Positions 50,211 to 63,722 of a stretch of DNA of 64,000 nucleotides are shown in pieces. The notes beneath the pieces are model-generated. The model was not told the origin of the DNA. It was given only the letters and a program-made list of their open reading frames with translations, and did no database searches. Origin of the DNA: Azolla caroliniana (taxonomy: Eukaryota > Plantae > Polypodiophyta); assembly GCA_043228905.1 (NCBI GenBank), contig JBHGNT010000013.1:15872001-15936000 (forward strand), in the 5' to 3' direction. Numbering within the stretch: position 1 is the first letter of the stretch; each line of letters begins with the position of its first letter. A program made the position numbers and the translations under genes.

Positions 50211-50687
50211 AGAGACATATTCGTAAATATGTTTCTGAGAGCCCATTGTGGCTATATTTGTAAATAGCCGAAAAGTCATATTAGTATAAATATGACTTAG
50301 GGCAAACTAATGTGTGGTTTATTCTTTTTTCTTGTTGGTGCAAGAAGAAGGGAGAGTGCGTAACTGTACAGAGAGAGAGAGATGAGGTCGTTGCCTCTGT
50401 TGTAACCGCCGCCTGTGGCGAAGATCTGTGAGCACGAGGTCGTTGCCTCGGTGAACTCACTGTTGTATATTCCTACATAGTGACAGTTTGCAGCCTGTGG
50501 GCTGCCGTGGTTTTTCCCCTAGTTTGGGGTTTTTCACGTAAACCTCCTGTGTATTCTCTCCTTCTTTGTGTCGCGTTTCATTTCCCGTTTTTCTGTGTAT
50601 CATTCTAAACTCGGTTGTGGCCGAGCGTTGCGCATAAGGAACGTTGGGTTCCCGTCAAGTGGTATCAGAGCGAAATCGACACAGAAA

Positions 50688-53600
50688 ATGGACGAATCGT
50701 TTGGCGGCATGTTCAAGCTCACCGGCTCCAACTATTCAGTGTGGAAGTCGAAGATGAGGGACATGCTCGTTGTTAAAGACCTCTGGCTGCCGGTTCAGTT
50801 CGGGGACAAGAGACCGGACAAAATCGACGCCGCGATATGGGAGGTGATGCACATGAAGACAACGGCGTACATACGGTGCTTCATCGACATGAGTCTATAC
50901 AACAACTTCAATGAAGAGAGCAAGACTCATGAGCTATGGGAGAAGATCGGCATAATGTTTCGGAACAAAAATGCTGTCAATCATGTGTCGGTATTCCGGA
51001 AGCTAGTAAGACTCCGGTACCAAGATGGCTCCAGCATGGCAGAGCATATGAATGCCTTTCAGGGGCTGATACACCAGGCAACGTCATTGGAAGTACCTCT
51101 TGCCGACGAGGTACTAGCGCTACTCCTACTCGGTTCCCTCCCAGATAGCTGGGAGACGTTGGTTGTCACTTTGGGCAACGCCGGGCCGGAAGGAAAACAG
51201 TTATCCCTAGCAAGAGTAAAGTCGAGCTTGCTAGATGAGGAGGCGCGTCGGAAGGATGAAGATACAAGCTCCGACTCCAAAGTGCTCCTTACCGAATCGG
51301 AACGCGGAAGACATAGAAACCGTAGTCCCCAGAACCGGGAGAAGTCGGGGACACGGTCAAAGTCAAGGGGGAGGCCTACTTGCTTCTATTGCGGCAAGCC
51401 GGGACACTTCCAGAAGAACTGTCGGCACTTCCGTAAAGACAAGGAAACCGACGGTACTGATTTGAAGCAAACCCCGAACCGGAACGGTACAGACCGGAAC
51501 GGTAAAGAACGGAGGGGGCCGGACCAGAAGGGAACGACGGCAATCGCGGCAAGTGAAGAAGAGTTGATGCTCATCACCGAGGAGAGTGAGATAAACCTTG
51601 CCGGCGACGAGATGACCTGGGTGGTAGACTCCGGAGCGTCGTTCCACCTTACCCCGGACCGGAAATGCTTCTCATCCTACTCAGCTGGTGATCACGGCTG
51701 TGTCCGGATGGGGAATGAAGGAACATGCCGAATTGTCGGCATAGGAGACGTGTGGCTGTCGACACCAACAGGATGCAAGTTGCTGCTGAGGGATGTCCGA
51801 CACGTTCCGGAGGTTCGACTGAACCTAATATTAGCCGGTCGGCTAGATGATGAGGGCTACATGGGTAGCATCTGGAACGGTGTCATGAAGTTCAGCAAAG
51901 GGAACTTGATTGTGGCTCGGGCCCGGAAGGTAAACACATTGTACCTGATGAATGCCCGACTGTGTCCGGAAGAAGTGAACGTGGCATCCGACACTGCCGG
52001 TGAGCTATGGCACAAGAGGCTGTGTCATATGAGTGAGAAGGGGATGAAGAGGCTTGCAGACGACAACCTCATTCCAGTGAAGAACGTGCACCTAGAGAAG
52101 TCCACTAATTGTCTGGCCGGTAAGCAGAACCGGACCTCCTTCCGACCAAGGCCACCGATGAGATGTAATGCACCACTGGAGTTGGTGCATACGGATGTTT
52201 GTCAAGTAGACACGAAGTCACATGCCGGAGCGCAGTACTTCGTGACGTTCATAGATGACCATAGCCGGAAGCTGTGGGCTACACCGCTGAAGACGAAGGA
52301 TCAGGTGTTATCCGTCTTCAAAGAGCTCCACGCAAGAGTGGAAAGAGAAACCGGCCGGAAGCTGAAGGCGGTTCGAGCAGACAACGGAGGAGAATACCGG
52401 GGGCAGTTCGAGGAGTACTGCCGCTCGAAGGGAATCCGGCTCGAATTTACCGTGCCGAAGACGCCAGAACTAAACGGACTGGCCGAGAGGATGAACCGGA
52501 CCATAATGGAGAGGGTCCGGAGTATGCTAGCGCATGCAAAACTACCCAAGAAGTTTTGGGCTGAGGCATTGTCGATGGCGACATACGTGATAAACAGATC
52601 GCCCTTAGTACCCTTGGACGGAGACACGCCACAGAGAGTATGGAGCGGTAAGGAAGTGTCCTACCGGCATCTGAAGGTGTTCGGGTGTCTCGCGTACGTG
52701 CATGTAGCAAAGGACCGGAGAGGAAAGTTAGATCCAAAGACCCGGCCATGCATATTCCTCGGTTACGGTGACGATGAGTTCGGCTACCGAGTGTGGGACC
52801 CGGTCGACAAGAAGGTATTCCGGAGTCGAGATATTATCTTCATGGAGGACAAGACGCTCGCCGACTGGGAGTCGGAGAAGAAGATAATGAACTCCGAGTC
52901 GACCGGTAAGGATAGACTCTACGATGAGCAGACCCAACTGGCAAGAGACCGGTTAGCACTCGAGGAACCAGCCGGTTACGGTGAGGATACCGAACCGGCA
53001 GAAGAAGAAGTAGAGGAAGCTGAGACCGGAACCGGTCAAGACCCCGAATCGGATTCGGATGAAGAGCAAATGGAGGAGCCGGTTACCAAAGCCCGAAGAC
53101 AGAGATATCCTCTCAGAGAGAGAAGGGCGCCCCGGAGATTTCCGGATGCAGAGCATGTTCTGTTGACCGATGAGGGGGAGCCGGAAAGCTTCGAAGAAGT
53201 GAAGGAAGACACCCACAACCGAAAATGGTTAAGTGCCATGCAGGACGAGATGGATTCCCTGCATGAGAACCATACGTACGAATTGGTGGAGCTACCGAAA
53301 GGAAAGCGGGCACTCCGAAACAAGTGGGTGTACAAGTTGAAACCGGGAGATGCCGGCAACCCCCGGAGATACAAAGCTAGGATCGTGGTGAAGGGGTTCC
53401 AGCAGAAGAAGGGCGTGGACTTCAACGAGATATTTGCCCCGGTAGTAAAGATGACCTCCATCCGGACGGTGCTGAGTATAGCAGCAAGCATGGACCTTGA
53501 GGTAGAGCAGCTGGACGTGAAGACAACATTCCTTCACGGCGACCTCGAAGAGGAGATGTACATGCAGCAACCGGAAGGATTCGTGGAGAAAGGGAAGGAG

Positions 53601-54749
53601 CACCTGGTATGCCGGTTGAAGAAGAGCATGTACAGACTGAAGCAGGCTCCCCGGCAATGGTACCGGAAGTTCGACTCCTTCATGACCGATCAAGGGTACC
53701 ACAAGACGCAGGCCGATCATTGCGTGTTTGTGAAGAAGTTCGAAGGAGGGGACTTCCTGATACTCCTCCTGTACGTGGATGACATGTTGATCGTCGGACG
53801 GGACCAAGTCAAAATACGGATGCTGAAGAAGGCTCTCAACCGGACCTTCTCAATGAAAGACTTGGGTCCGGCAAGACAGATGTTGGGGATGCACATCATT
53901 CGGGACCGGTCAGTGAAGCAATTATGGTTGTCACAGGAGAAGTATGTGACAAAGGTGCTTCACCGGTTCAACATGTCAGAAGCGAAACCGGTCGGATCGA
54001 CACTTCCGGCGAACTGCAGGCTATCCGGCAAGCAAAGCCCGAAGATGAAAGCAGAGAAGGCGGATATGATGAAGATCCCATATGCCTCTGCCGTCAGGAG
54101 CTTGATGTACGCAATGGTTTGTACTCGACCGGACATTGGATATGCAGTCGGAGTGGTGAGCCGGTTTATGAGCAATCCCGGCAAGGAGCACTGGAACGCG
54201 GTCAAATGGATACTCCGGTATTTGAAGGGCACTTCAAATATGTCTCTCCGATTCGGCTCCAGAAAACCTCAACTGGACGGTTTCACCGATTCGGACATGT
54301 CGGCTGATGTGGATACCAGCCGGTCTACATCCGGGTATTTAATGACATATGCAGGGAGAGCTGTTTCGTGGCAGTCGAGGCTGCAGAAGACGGTTGCATT
54401 GTCAACCACAGAGGCGGAGTACATGGCGGCTGTGGAAGCTGGCAAGGAAATATTATGGATGAAGGACTTCATTGGAGAGCTCGGTATCCGGCAAGAGGAA
54501 TACCGACTCTACTGCGACAGTCAAAGTGCCATACACCTTGCTAAGAATGCAGCCTACCATTCACGGACGAAGCATATCCAACGGAGGTATCACTGGATCC
54601 GGGAAAGAGTAGATGACTAGGAGTTCGCACTGACGAAGATTCACACGGCCGAGAACGGGTCAGATATGCCGACCAAAGTGCTGACACCCGACAAGCTGGA
54701 CGCATGCCGGAAGAGAATCGGATTGGTAAGACACCCCATGCCGGAGTGA
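50688..54749 (+). CDS. Copia gag-pol polyprotein (Tnt1/Tork-like) with one premature TAG at 54618-54620
   Basis: CFYCGKPGHFQKNC, WVVDSGAS, HTDV, ADNGGEY, AERMN, KARIVVKGF, LYVDDML, SDMSAD, KHI. The frame continues 43 codons past the TAG to TGA 54747-54749. Confidence 0.9.
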
Positions 54750-56074
54750 AGGGGGAGTTTGTTGGGAGACAGGTCCCTCCGGATGGGAAGGGATAAGAAC
54801 AGTGCCGACGAACAAACTCGGCCGAGGCCGAAACGGTACGAGGAGTACCCGGCTACGGAGAGCCGGATGGTGCAGGCCCGGTATGAACCGGATGAGGAGT
54901 ACCTGGCTACGGAGAGCCGGATGGTGCAGGCCTAGTATGAACCGGATGAGGAGTACCCGGCTACGGAGAGCTGGATGGTGCAGGCCCGGTATGAACCGGA
55001 GGAAGAGACATATTCGTAAATATGTTTCTGAGAGCCCATTGTGGCTATATTTGTAAATAGCCGAAAAGTCATATTAGTATAAATATGACTTAGGGCAAAC
55101 TAATGTGTGGTTTATTCTTTTTTCTTGTTGGTGCAAGAAGAAGGGAGAGTGCGTAATTGTACAGAGAGAGAGAGAGACGAGGTCGTTGCCTCTGTTGTAA
55201 CCGCCGCCTGTGGCGAAGATCTGTGAGCACGAGGTCGTTGCCTCGGTGAACTCACTGTTGTATATTCCTACATAGTGACAGTTTGCAGCCTGTGGGCTGC
55301 CGTGGTTTTTCCCCTAGTTTGGGGTTTTCCACGTAAACCTCCTGTGTATTCTCTCCTTCTTTGTGTCGCGTTTCATTTCCCATTTTTCTGTGTATCATTC
55401 TAAACTCGGTTGTGGCCAAGCGTTGCGCATAAGGAACGTTGGGTTCCCGTCAATTACAAGATCTTGCATATTCCCAAGATTGCATAGCTCAATCATCATC
55501 ACGTATGAAGTTCAAGCAATGGATTGTAGATTTACAACCAAGGTCATTTCCCCCGAGCTTCAAGACAAACATGAAAAGAAAGCCCTTGCTTTGTCCACAC
55601 CCAATAGCTCACAATTATCTTTCCACAATCAAGCCAATAGAATCGATATGTTCGGCCACATGCCCACCACATACGAATAAAAATGCCACCCACTTGTATT
55701 CCTTATCGCTTGCTAATCCTCATTGCCGTCTATTGCCACAAACACTCTCTAAACCTTGATGATCGTTTGGCTCTTGTATACCTCTTAACAAGATATCCTT
55801 GTTAAACAAGTGCAAAGAAGTAGGGAATTCTATCCTTACCTACGCCCCACAATCATGATTGTTGCTAACATTTGGTGCCCTGATTTATGAGTGGTGCACA
55901 TCTACCTCACCACCTTCCCAACCAACTAGTGTGATCATTTCACTCCCCCACAAAGAGTGATTGATCCTAAAAACCACTCAACCACCATGACCTAGTAAAG
56001 GTGGAAAATTAAATTGGGAAGATCTAACACTTTCTTTGCACTATATGTCCCTACATTCTCTAAGAGCTACTACA

Positions 56075-56231
56075 TGTTAGGAAAATGTCCCGCCTTTGGG
56101 AGAAGTCGACAGTCGGTGTTGTCTATGAGAGAAATCGGTAGTCGAATAGAGACAAGCCGAACATTGGATGGTCGGTCGGATCGACCAAACGAGTTGACAG
56201 TGTTGTCCACTGCTCTTAAGGAGATAGAGAG
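56075..56231 (+). mobile_element. 5' fragment of an LTR related to 15913-16580
   Basis: TGTTAGGAA.TGTC...GGGAGAAGT.GACAGT and AAGGAGATAGAGAG are shared. Confidence 0.65.
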
Positions 56232-56940
56232 TGTCACAGACACACCAACCGCGAACTTGGACAGAACATGGATGACAAGGCTACGAGGAACTTAAGAAGC
56301 TAGGAACGACATAAGAGAATGAGGACAAAGATGAAGAAAGAGATGATGGGGCTACGAGCGACGGATGAACTTGAAGCTAGATGTGACGAGGCTAGGAACT
56401 CTTGATGTTGTGAGCGACATGAGGGCATGAAGACAAAAATAAAGATCAAGGAGACAAAGATGAGGCGAAACGAGAATACTAGATTGATGTGTCAATGACT
56501 AGTGTTGAATCCATTGAAAGGGACCAAGGATGTTACAAGTATTTATACAATTTCCGAGATTGAATATCTCTAGAATATACTCGAGAAATATCTCAAGAAT
56601 ATACCCGTTTAGAATATACCACAGAAAATTCTAGAATATACTAATGACTAGAATATTCTCGAATGTACTATACACTAGACTCTACAATATATACAAGTTC
56701 ACAATCAAATGTGGACACTTCACAAGAGTTTCCATATGGTTAACACAACACAATGTATTGTGACATGTGTTAAAAGTCAGAGGTTCGAGTTTAGAATGTG
56801 ACATTATCCCCCTTTTTACGCCGCCTTCCCAAACCGGTCCTTAGCTTAAGGGGATACTGTTGATGAAAATCTTAGACCACCTCCAAAGTATTTTGTAAAT
56901 CATAGACAAGGAGTAACCCTTCCAGAAAACGAGGTATTCA
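56232..56940 (-). mobile_element. 3' end of a chromovirus: chromodomain remnant (56804-56940), PPT and 3' LTR (56232-56803)
   Basis: TGTCACA...TGTGACA ends; minus-strand AAAAGGGGGATAA PPT; EYLVFWKGY...DFHQQYP. Confidence 0.75.
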
Positions 56941-58272
56941 ACACCAACGGGCATGAGCGACCATGTGCGGTCCTCGTCGGGCACTAGAACATGAATACCA
57001 AAGGGTGTGAGTGATTATGTGTGGTCCTCACGAGAACATGAATACCAGCGGGCGTGAGCTACCATGTGTGGTCCTCACTGGGAACATGAAGAACAACGGG
57101 CATGAGGGACCATGTTGGTCCTCACCGGAACCTAGAACACGAACAATAGCTGGAGTGAATGACCATGTGCGGTCCTCATCGGAGACTGGAACACGAACAG
57201 GAGTGGCCCCCATCGGGAACTGGAACATGAGCGACCATGTGCGGTCCTCACAGGGAACAAGAACACCAATGGGCATGAGAGACCATGTCGGTCCTCGCCG
57301 AGAGTTGGAACACAAACACCAACGGGCGTGAGCGACCATGTCTGGTCCTCACCAGGAACTGGAACATGAACAATAGCTGGAGTGAGCGACCATGTGCGGT
57401 CCTCACCGGAGACTGGAACACGAATGGGAATGAGCAAACATATGTGGCCCTAATCGGGAACTGGAATGTGAGCAACCATGTGCGGTCCTCATCGAAAACA
57501 CGAATAGGCATGAGCGACCATCTGTAGACCTCGTTGGGAACTGGAACACGAATACCAACAAGCGTGAGTGACCATGTGCGGTCCTCACGAGGAACACGAA
57601 CACCAACGGGCATGAGAGACCATGTCGGTCCTCACCAAGAGATGGAACACGAACACTAACAAGTGTGAGCGACCATGTGTGGTCCTCACCGGGAACTGAA
57701 ACATGAACAATAGTAGGCATGAGCGACCATGTTGGTCCTCGCCGGCATCTGGAACACGAACAATAGCTGGATTGAGTGACCATACATGCGGTCCTCACAG
57801 GGAACATGAACACCAACGGGCATGAGAGACCATGTTGGTCCTCGCCGAGTGTTGGAACACAAATACTAACGGGCGTGAGCGACTATGTGTGGTCCTCACC
57901 GAGAACTGGAACATGAACAACAACATGCATGAGCGACCATGTTAGTCCTCGCCGGGATCTGGAATACGAATAATAGTTGGAGTGAGCGACCATGTGTGGT
58001 CCTCACCGAAAACACGAAAAGGTGTGAGCAACCTTGTAGCCCTCACCGAGAACAAGAACACAAACAAACGTGAGAGACCATGTGTCCCTCACCAAGAACT
58101 GAACACGAACGGGCGTGAGCGACCATGTGTGGCCCTCACCGAGAACTGGATGTGAGCGACCATGTGTGCCCCTCATTGGGAACTGGAATGTGAGTGACCA
58201 TGTGCGGTCCTCATCGAAAACACAAACGGGCGTGAGCGACCATGCTGCCCTCACCGAGAACTGGAACAACAA
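56941..58272. repeat. Minisatellite of ~28 units (37-54 bp), each with a palindromic GTGAGCGACC-ATGTGC-GGTCCTCAC core
   Basis: Units counted by eye; linkers are variants of GAACTGGAACACGAAC(A/C)... Confidence 0.9.
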
Positions 58273-58344
58273 CGAGCGAAGGAGTGCGAGTGAAGCAGTC
58301 AACTCGACTTCTTCTATTATGAGAGGGTAAATAGTCGAGGTTGA

Positions 58345-58435
58345 TGTTGGGAAGAGACAAGGCCGTGTCGATGCGGAAGATCAAGAAGCATTCGATTAGG
58401 GTTGAGTACCTGCGTATGACAGTTTCTGAGATCGT

Positions 58436-58484
<49 letters not shown>

Positions 58485-61400
58485 CACAAAAGAGTCTTTC
58501 TATTCCATAGAAAACAATAATACAACCAACCTTACAAAAAGGTTACAAGGTCACTTTATATAGTGACCGACTTAGGGCAACTACCCTTTATGCTAATTAC
58601 ACAAATGGCCCAGACTTGAGCTATACAAAAGGATAGTGTGAATATGTCCATTATACACTTGTATTCGACACTCCCCCGTAATGGGCGTATACATGGGTTA
58701 TCTAAGATTACAGGTATAAATCTAGGTTCTCGGACATATCAGTTTTTGTTTGAGTCGGCAGGGTCCGAAGGCAGAAGACCGAACTGGTCGGGTCGGAAGA
58801 GTTGAAGCCGATCATTAAGGAACTGATGTCGGTTGTCTGAAACCATCCTGCGCTGTGTCCGGCTCTAACCGGACTGGTTCGTCGTTACGCCCATCTGATG
58901 CCGAAGGGACCGAAAGCGGTCTGCCGAAAGACACTTGGTCATTCCATCTGCGACATTGTCGGTTGTGGATATTTTCTCTAGACCGATTTTCCCTGAAATG
59001 ACGCAGTCCCGAACGAAGTGATATCGAACGTCGATATGTTTGGAGGCGTTGTGGTGAACCGGATTTTTCGACAAGGCAACAACACCTTGACTGTCGCTAT
59101 AGACGACTGGGGCCGAGTCATGGTCGACTTGCCGAAACGTGTGCGCCAGCCGGCCGAGCCACAGAGCTTCTTTTGCAGCGTCGGACGCAGCTACATATTC
59201 TGCTTCGGTCGTTGAGGTCGCTGTGCACTCCTGAAGTTTCGACTTCCACGAAATTGCTCCATTGCCGAATTTGAAGCAGTATCCGATTGTTGATTTCCGA
59301 CTGTCTATACAGCCGGCGAAATCCGAGTCGGTGTAACCGACTACGCCTGAGGTTCGGTTCGGACCGAAAAGAATGCCGTGGTCTTTTGTGCCAGCCAGAT
59401 ATCTGAACACATGCTTGACTGCGTTCCAATGCGATCGGCCAGGATTGTGCATAAATCTGCTAACGACTCCTACGGCATGAGAGATATCAGGCCGTGTCGC
59501 GACCATCAGGTACATAAGGGAGCCGACTGCCGGTGCATACGGTACCGACTTCATATCTTCCCCCTCCGGACCGGATGTCGGGCAGTCTCGCTGAGAGAGC
59601 CGAAGATTGATGGGGAGCGGGGTTGAAGCAGATTTGGCTGATTGCATGTTGAAGCGTTCCAAGACACGTCCGATATAGTCGGTCTGAGACAAAAAAAGAT
59701 GTCGTTTATCGCGATGCCGACTAATCTTCATGCCAAGTATGTGTCGTGCCGGACCGAGGTCCTTCATGGCAAACTTCAACCGCAATTGCCGAACGAGATC
59801 GGCAAGTTCGCCCGCGTGGCGTCCAGAAATTAGCATGTCGTCCACGTAAATGATGAGGAAGATGGGTGATCCATCTTGAGCTGTGTTGGTAAAAAGACAA
59901 TGGTCCTCATCGCTTTTTGAGAAGCCGATCGATTGGATGAAGTCGTCGAACTTCTTGTACCATTGTCGCGGTGCCTGTTTGAGGCCGTATAGACTCTTCC
60001 TGAGTCGGCATACTAGATGTTCTTGGCCAGTTGCCACGAAGCCTTTTGGCTGCTCCATATAAATTTCCTCTTCAAGATCACCATGGAGGAAGGCTGTTTT
60101 GACATCTAGCTGAATCAGCTCCAAGTTGTCGGCTGCCACTACGCCGAGTAGAAAACGAAGGGTTGTCATTTTCACCACTGGTGAAAAAATCTCGTCGAAG
60201 TCGACGCCATATTCTTGTCGGAAGCCCTTTGCAACTAATCTGGCCTTGTACTTTGGGGTGGTCGAATCAGACGTCTCTTTTAGTCGATAAACCCACTTGC
60301 AAGGAAGAGCACGTCGATTCTTAGGTAATTCGACCAGATCCCAAGTCTTGTTTGCCCGAATGGAGTGCATTTCCGACTCCATCGCCAGATGCCAGGTGGC
60401 TGAATCGACAGATGTCGATGCTTCTTCGTAAGACGTCGGTTCGCCGGCGTCGGTGAAGAAAATTCCAGGAGAATACCTCTCCGGAGGTTGCGACAGTCTC
60501 TCGGATCGTCGAGGTATGACTGGACTGGTCGTATCGGGTATCGAGGTCGGATGGTCCGAAAGCGAATTATTCTGCTGTGCCGAGTCGGAGTTGTCCGAGT
60601 CGGTAGTGTAAGGTTCAGCTACCCGTGAAGCTGACCGTGTGTTAAGAGCGGGGCCTTCTTGAAGGGTCGGCACATCGGAAAATGTTACCCTTCGGACTTC
60701 GATCGGTGTTTTGACTGATGGAGTCATAGCCGACTCGTTGAACACAACGTCCGAACTTCGAACGATTTGTCTGCGTTCGGGGTCCCAGAGTCGGTATCCC
60801 ATTTCGCCGTCTGATCCATATCCAAGGAAAATGCATTTCCTGGACCGAGGTGCAAGTTTTCGGCGATCATCTTTCGGAATAAGGGCGTACGCCTCGCATC
60901 CGAAGATCCTCAGCTTGTCGTAATTCGGCTTACTGCCGATCCATAGTTCCTGAGGAATTTGAAGTCCTAGAGGTCTACTTGGCGACATATTGATTATGTG
61001 TACTGCCGTGAGTAGAGCCTCTGCCCAGAAGCCATCCGACAGTCCGGAGTGTTGGAGCATGGAAACTATCCGTTCTTGGATTGTCCGATTCATGCGTTCT
61101 GCAATCCCGTTTTGCTCCGGACTGTGTGGTGCCGTAAATTCACGTCGGATGCCGCGTTGTCGGCAAAATTTGACGAATTCTTCTGATTTGAACTCTCCCC
61201 CATTGTCGGTCCGAAAGCATTTCAGTTTTCGGTCAGTTTGATTTTCCACCATAGCGAGCCAATCGGAGAAGATCGAGAAGACACGATCTTTGGTGCGAAT
61301 TGGATAAGCCCACACCTTTCGAGTCGAATCGTCAATAAAACTGACGAAGTAAGAGGCACCGCTGAGAGACTGATGCGGCATTGGGCCACAGACGTCCGAG

Positions 61401-63675
61401 TGGACTAAATCGAGAGGTCTCGTTTCTCTTGGTGCTGATGTCGGGTGTGATGCGGCTGCTTGTTTGCCATACTGGCAATGTTCGCAGAATTGATGGTCCG
61501 AGAAGGAGAGTTTAGGGATGTATCCGGCTCTAGATAGGTGCGTAATGCCGGCCTTGCTGAGGTGTCCTAATCTTCTGTGCCATAGTGATGACACAGGAAT
61601 ATCCACCAAAAACAGGTTACCCTCTCTGAGCGTAACATGTAACGGATACAATGAGTGTATCTTGGGTCCTCTAGCAAGCAGGAGGTTCCCCCTGTGGAGT
61701 GTCCACCCTCCCGAAGAAAAACCGGCACGAATGCCGTCTTCATCTAGTTGTCCGACTGAGATCAATGGCCTTGAGAGCTCGGGTACATGTCGGACATTGT
61801 GAAGTACAAGTGTAGAGCCACCTGCAAGGTTGAGCTCTACTGTGCCGATTCCAATGATGTCGCAGTGTTGCGAGTTGCCGACTCGAACTGAGTCGGAGTG
61901 ACGGGTCGTATATTGCCGAAATTGGGATCGATGAGGAGTCACGTGAAATGACGCACCCGAATCTAAGAGCCATGTGCTCGATTCTTCAGTCGTGAGCAGA
62001 ACTTCTGATCCGACTGGATTTTCGATTGATAGTATATTCGGGTCGTTTGGTAGCACATCAGCTGAGAAGCTGACGTAATTGATCTCCTCATGCCGGCCAC
62101 TCTTCTTGTCTGATTTCTGAGACTTGTCGTTCTTGTTCTTGAGTGCGCGGCAGTCGGCTTTGATGTGTCCGGGTTTCTTGCAATAGTTGCAGATTCGATT
62201 ATCCCGTGACTGGCTCCGTCTTCGCTGATTGTTCGGCTGCCGTGAGGAATCTCTTCCTCGTATGTTCGATCGGTCTGTCGAACCTTGTACTACATAAGCG
62301 TCGTCTGTTGAGTCTTTGGCGAAAGACTTTCTCCGAGCTGCTTTGGTTAGGATTGCGCTCGTGACTTCGGAGTATTTAACAGCCGTGGTTGACGCGTTGC
62401 ACATGGTTGTGACGAAAGTTTCCCATGATGAGGGAAGGCTGCTCATGAGTATCATTGCTCTGAGTTCATCCTCGATTGCCGTCCCCTGAGATGAGATTTG
62501 GGAGCTTATGCTTTCGTACTCATTGAGATGTGCTTGAACCGAATCGGATTCTTTCATCCGCAAGTTGTAGAGGCGCCGGATCAGAAACATCTTCGTTGCG
62601 GCGACCTTCTTCTCGTAGGTGCCCGACAGTGTTTTCCACAGTTCGAATGCTGTCGTACACGATTGCACCGTAAAGTATACCGATTCCGATAGGTGCATCC
62701 GAATCGTGGCGCGGACGATTCTGTCCAGCTTCTGCCACTCAATTGGTTTGTATCCTTCTGGAGGTTCTTCATTTTCGATGGGATCGATTTGCCCCTTGAC
62801 TATGAGATAGTCCTGCATCTGCTCCTTCCAGAAGTTGAAGTTCGATCCATCGAACTTTCGTAGACTCATTTCTGACGAGCCGGATGTTGATGCCATCAAG
62901 TTTGGTTTCGGTTGACGAAGCTCGGTTCGGAGTTGACTACGAACCTTGTTGGAGTGCAGCCGGTTGGCTCACCCGATATCGTTCTAGTCGGATTTGAACC
63001 CGAGTCGGTTCGGCTTCGGATATATGTATTGTTGAACTTGCTCGAATTGACTCCGGTAACTTGAGGGACAGAACCGACTGGTCTTCCCGAATGTTGTCGA
63101 GTCGGAGTGAGCCCGGTTCGCTTCCGAATATATATGCCAAATACCGATTATTGAAACCGATTGTCAGGACCGATTCTGCTTCGGGTGACTGCAGCGACGA
63201 GAGAGACGGATTCAACTGATCCTCCCGAATGTCGATCAGCCGGATGAAGCACGAATTGGGGTTGTTGTCTTGAGACCGATCTGCACCGAGTGGTTACAAT
63301 GAGCTGCGAGCAGCGTTTGATGACCTCTTCGGATGCCGTTTAACCGAGTGGAGCACGATCGTGTCAATGTTGCACAAGGGGATTTCACCTCGAGCGGTTA
63401 CGATCACAAGAAACAGAGTACAACCGGCTGGCTTACTCCAGGCGAAGATGATCTAACGCGATGAGGTGCGAGCCTCGTTTTTTCTTCTTCTTCTCTCTTC
63501 TTCGAATGACGCAGGAAACCGAATGCTGTGCAGGCTGAGACGACGGCCGACAGCGGGTTGAGGAACCTCTGCTCTGATACCAAATGTTGGGAAGAGACAA
63601 GGCCGTGTCGATGCGGAAGATCAAGAAGCATTCGATTAGGGTTGAGTACCTGCGTATGACAGTTTCTGAGATCGT

Positions 63676-63722
<47 letters not shown>

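Larger units (their letters stand above)
49913..55452 (+). mobile_element. Near-intact Ty1/copia element (5' LTR 49913-50657, PBS tRNA-iMet 50660-50671, PPT ~54744-54757, 3' LTR 54760-55452)
   Basis: Highly similar LTRs with TG...CA ends; perfect TSD ATTAC (49908-49912, 55453-55457). Confidence 0.96.

Noticed and set aside
49663-50279. Repeat proteins (EEYPATESRMVQARYEPD)n / (YSSSGSYRACTIRLSVA)n, also at 568-1257
   Set aside because: These are translations of the 54-bp LTR repeat, which is open in several frames; no independent coding evidence.
50568-50687. N-terminal 40 aa of the 1350-aa ORF
   Set aside because: It lies in the LTR/PBS with a non-ATG start; the real start is most likely ATG 50688.
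55458-56070. Possible LINE ORF1 relic continuing from 49746-49912
   Set aside because: The flanks join across the ATTAC TSD, but no diagnostic motif was recognisable.
56941-58272. CRISPR array
   Set aside because: Palindromic repeats are present, but the spacers are variants of one another, the repeats are degenerate, there are no cas genes and the context is eukaryotic.
56941-58272. Iron-responsive-element array
   Set aside because: The bulged C is reminiscent, but the upper stem is 4 bp and the loop is not CAGUGN.
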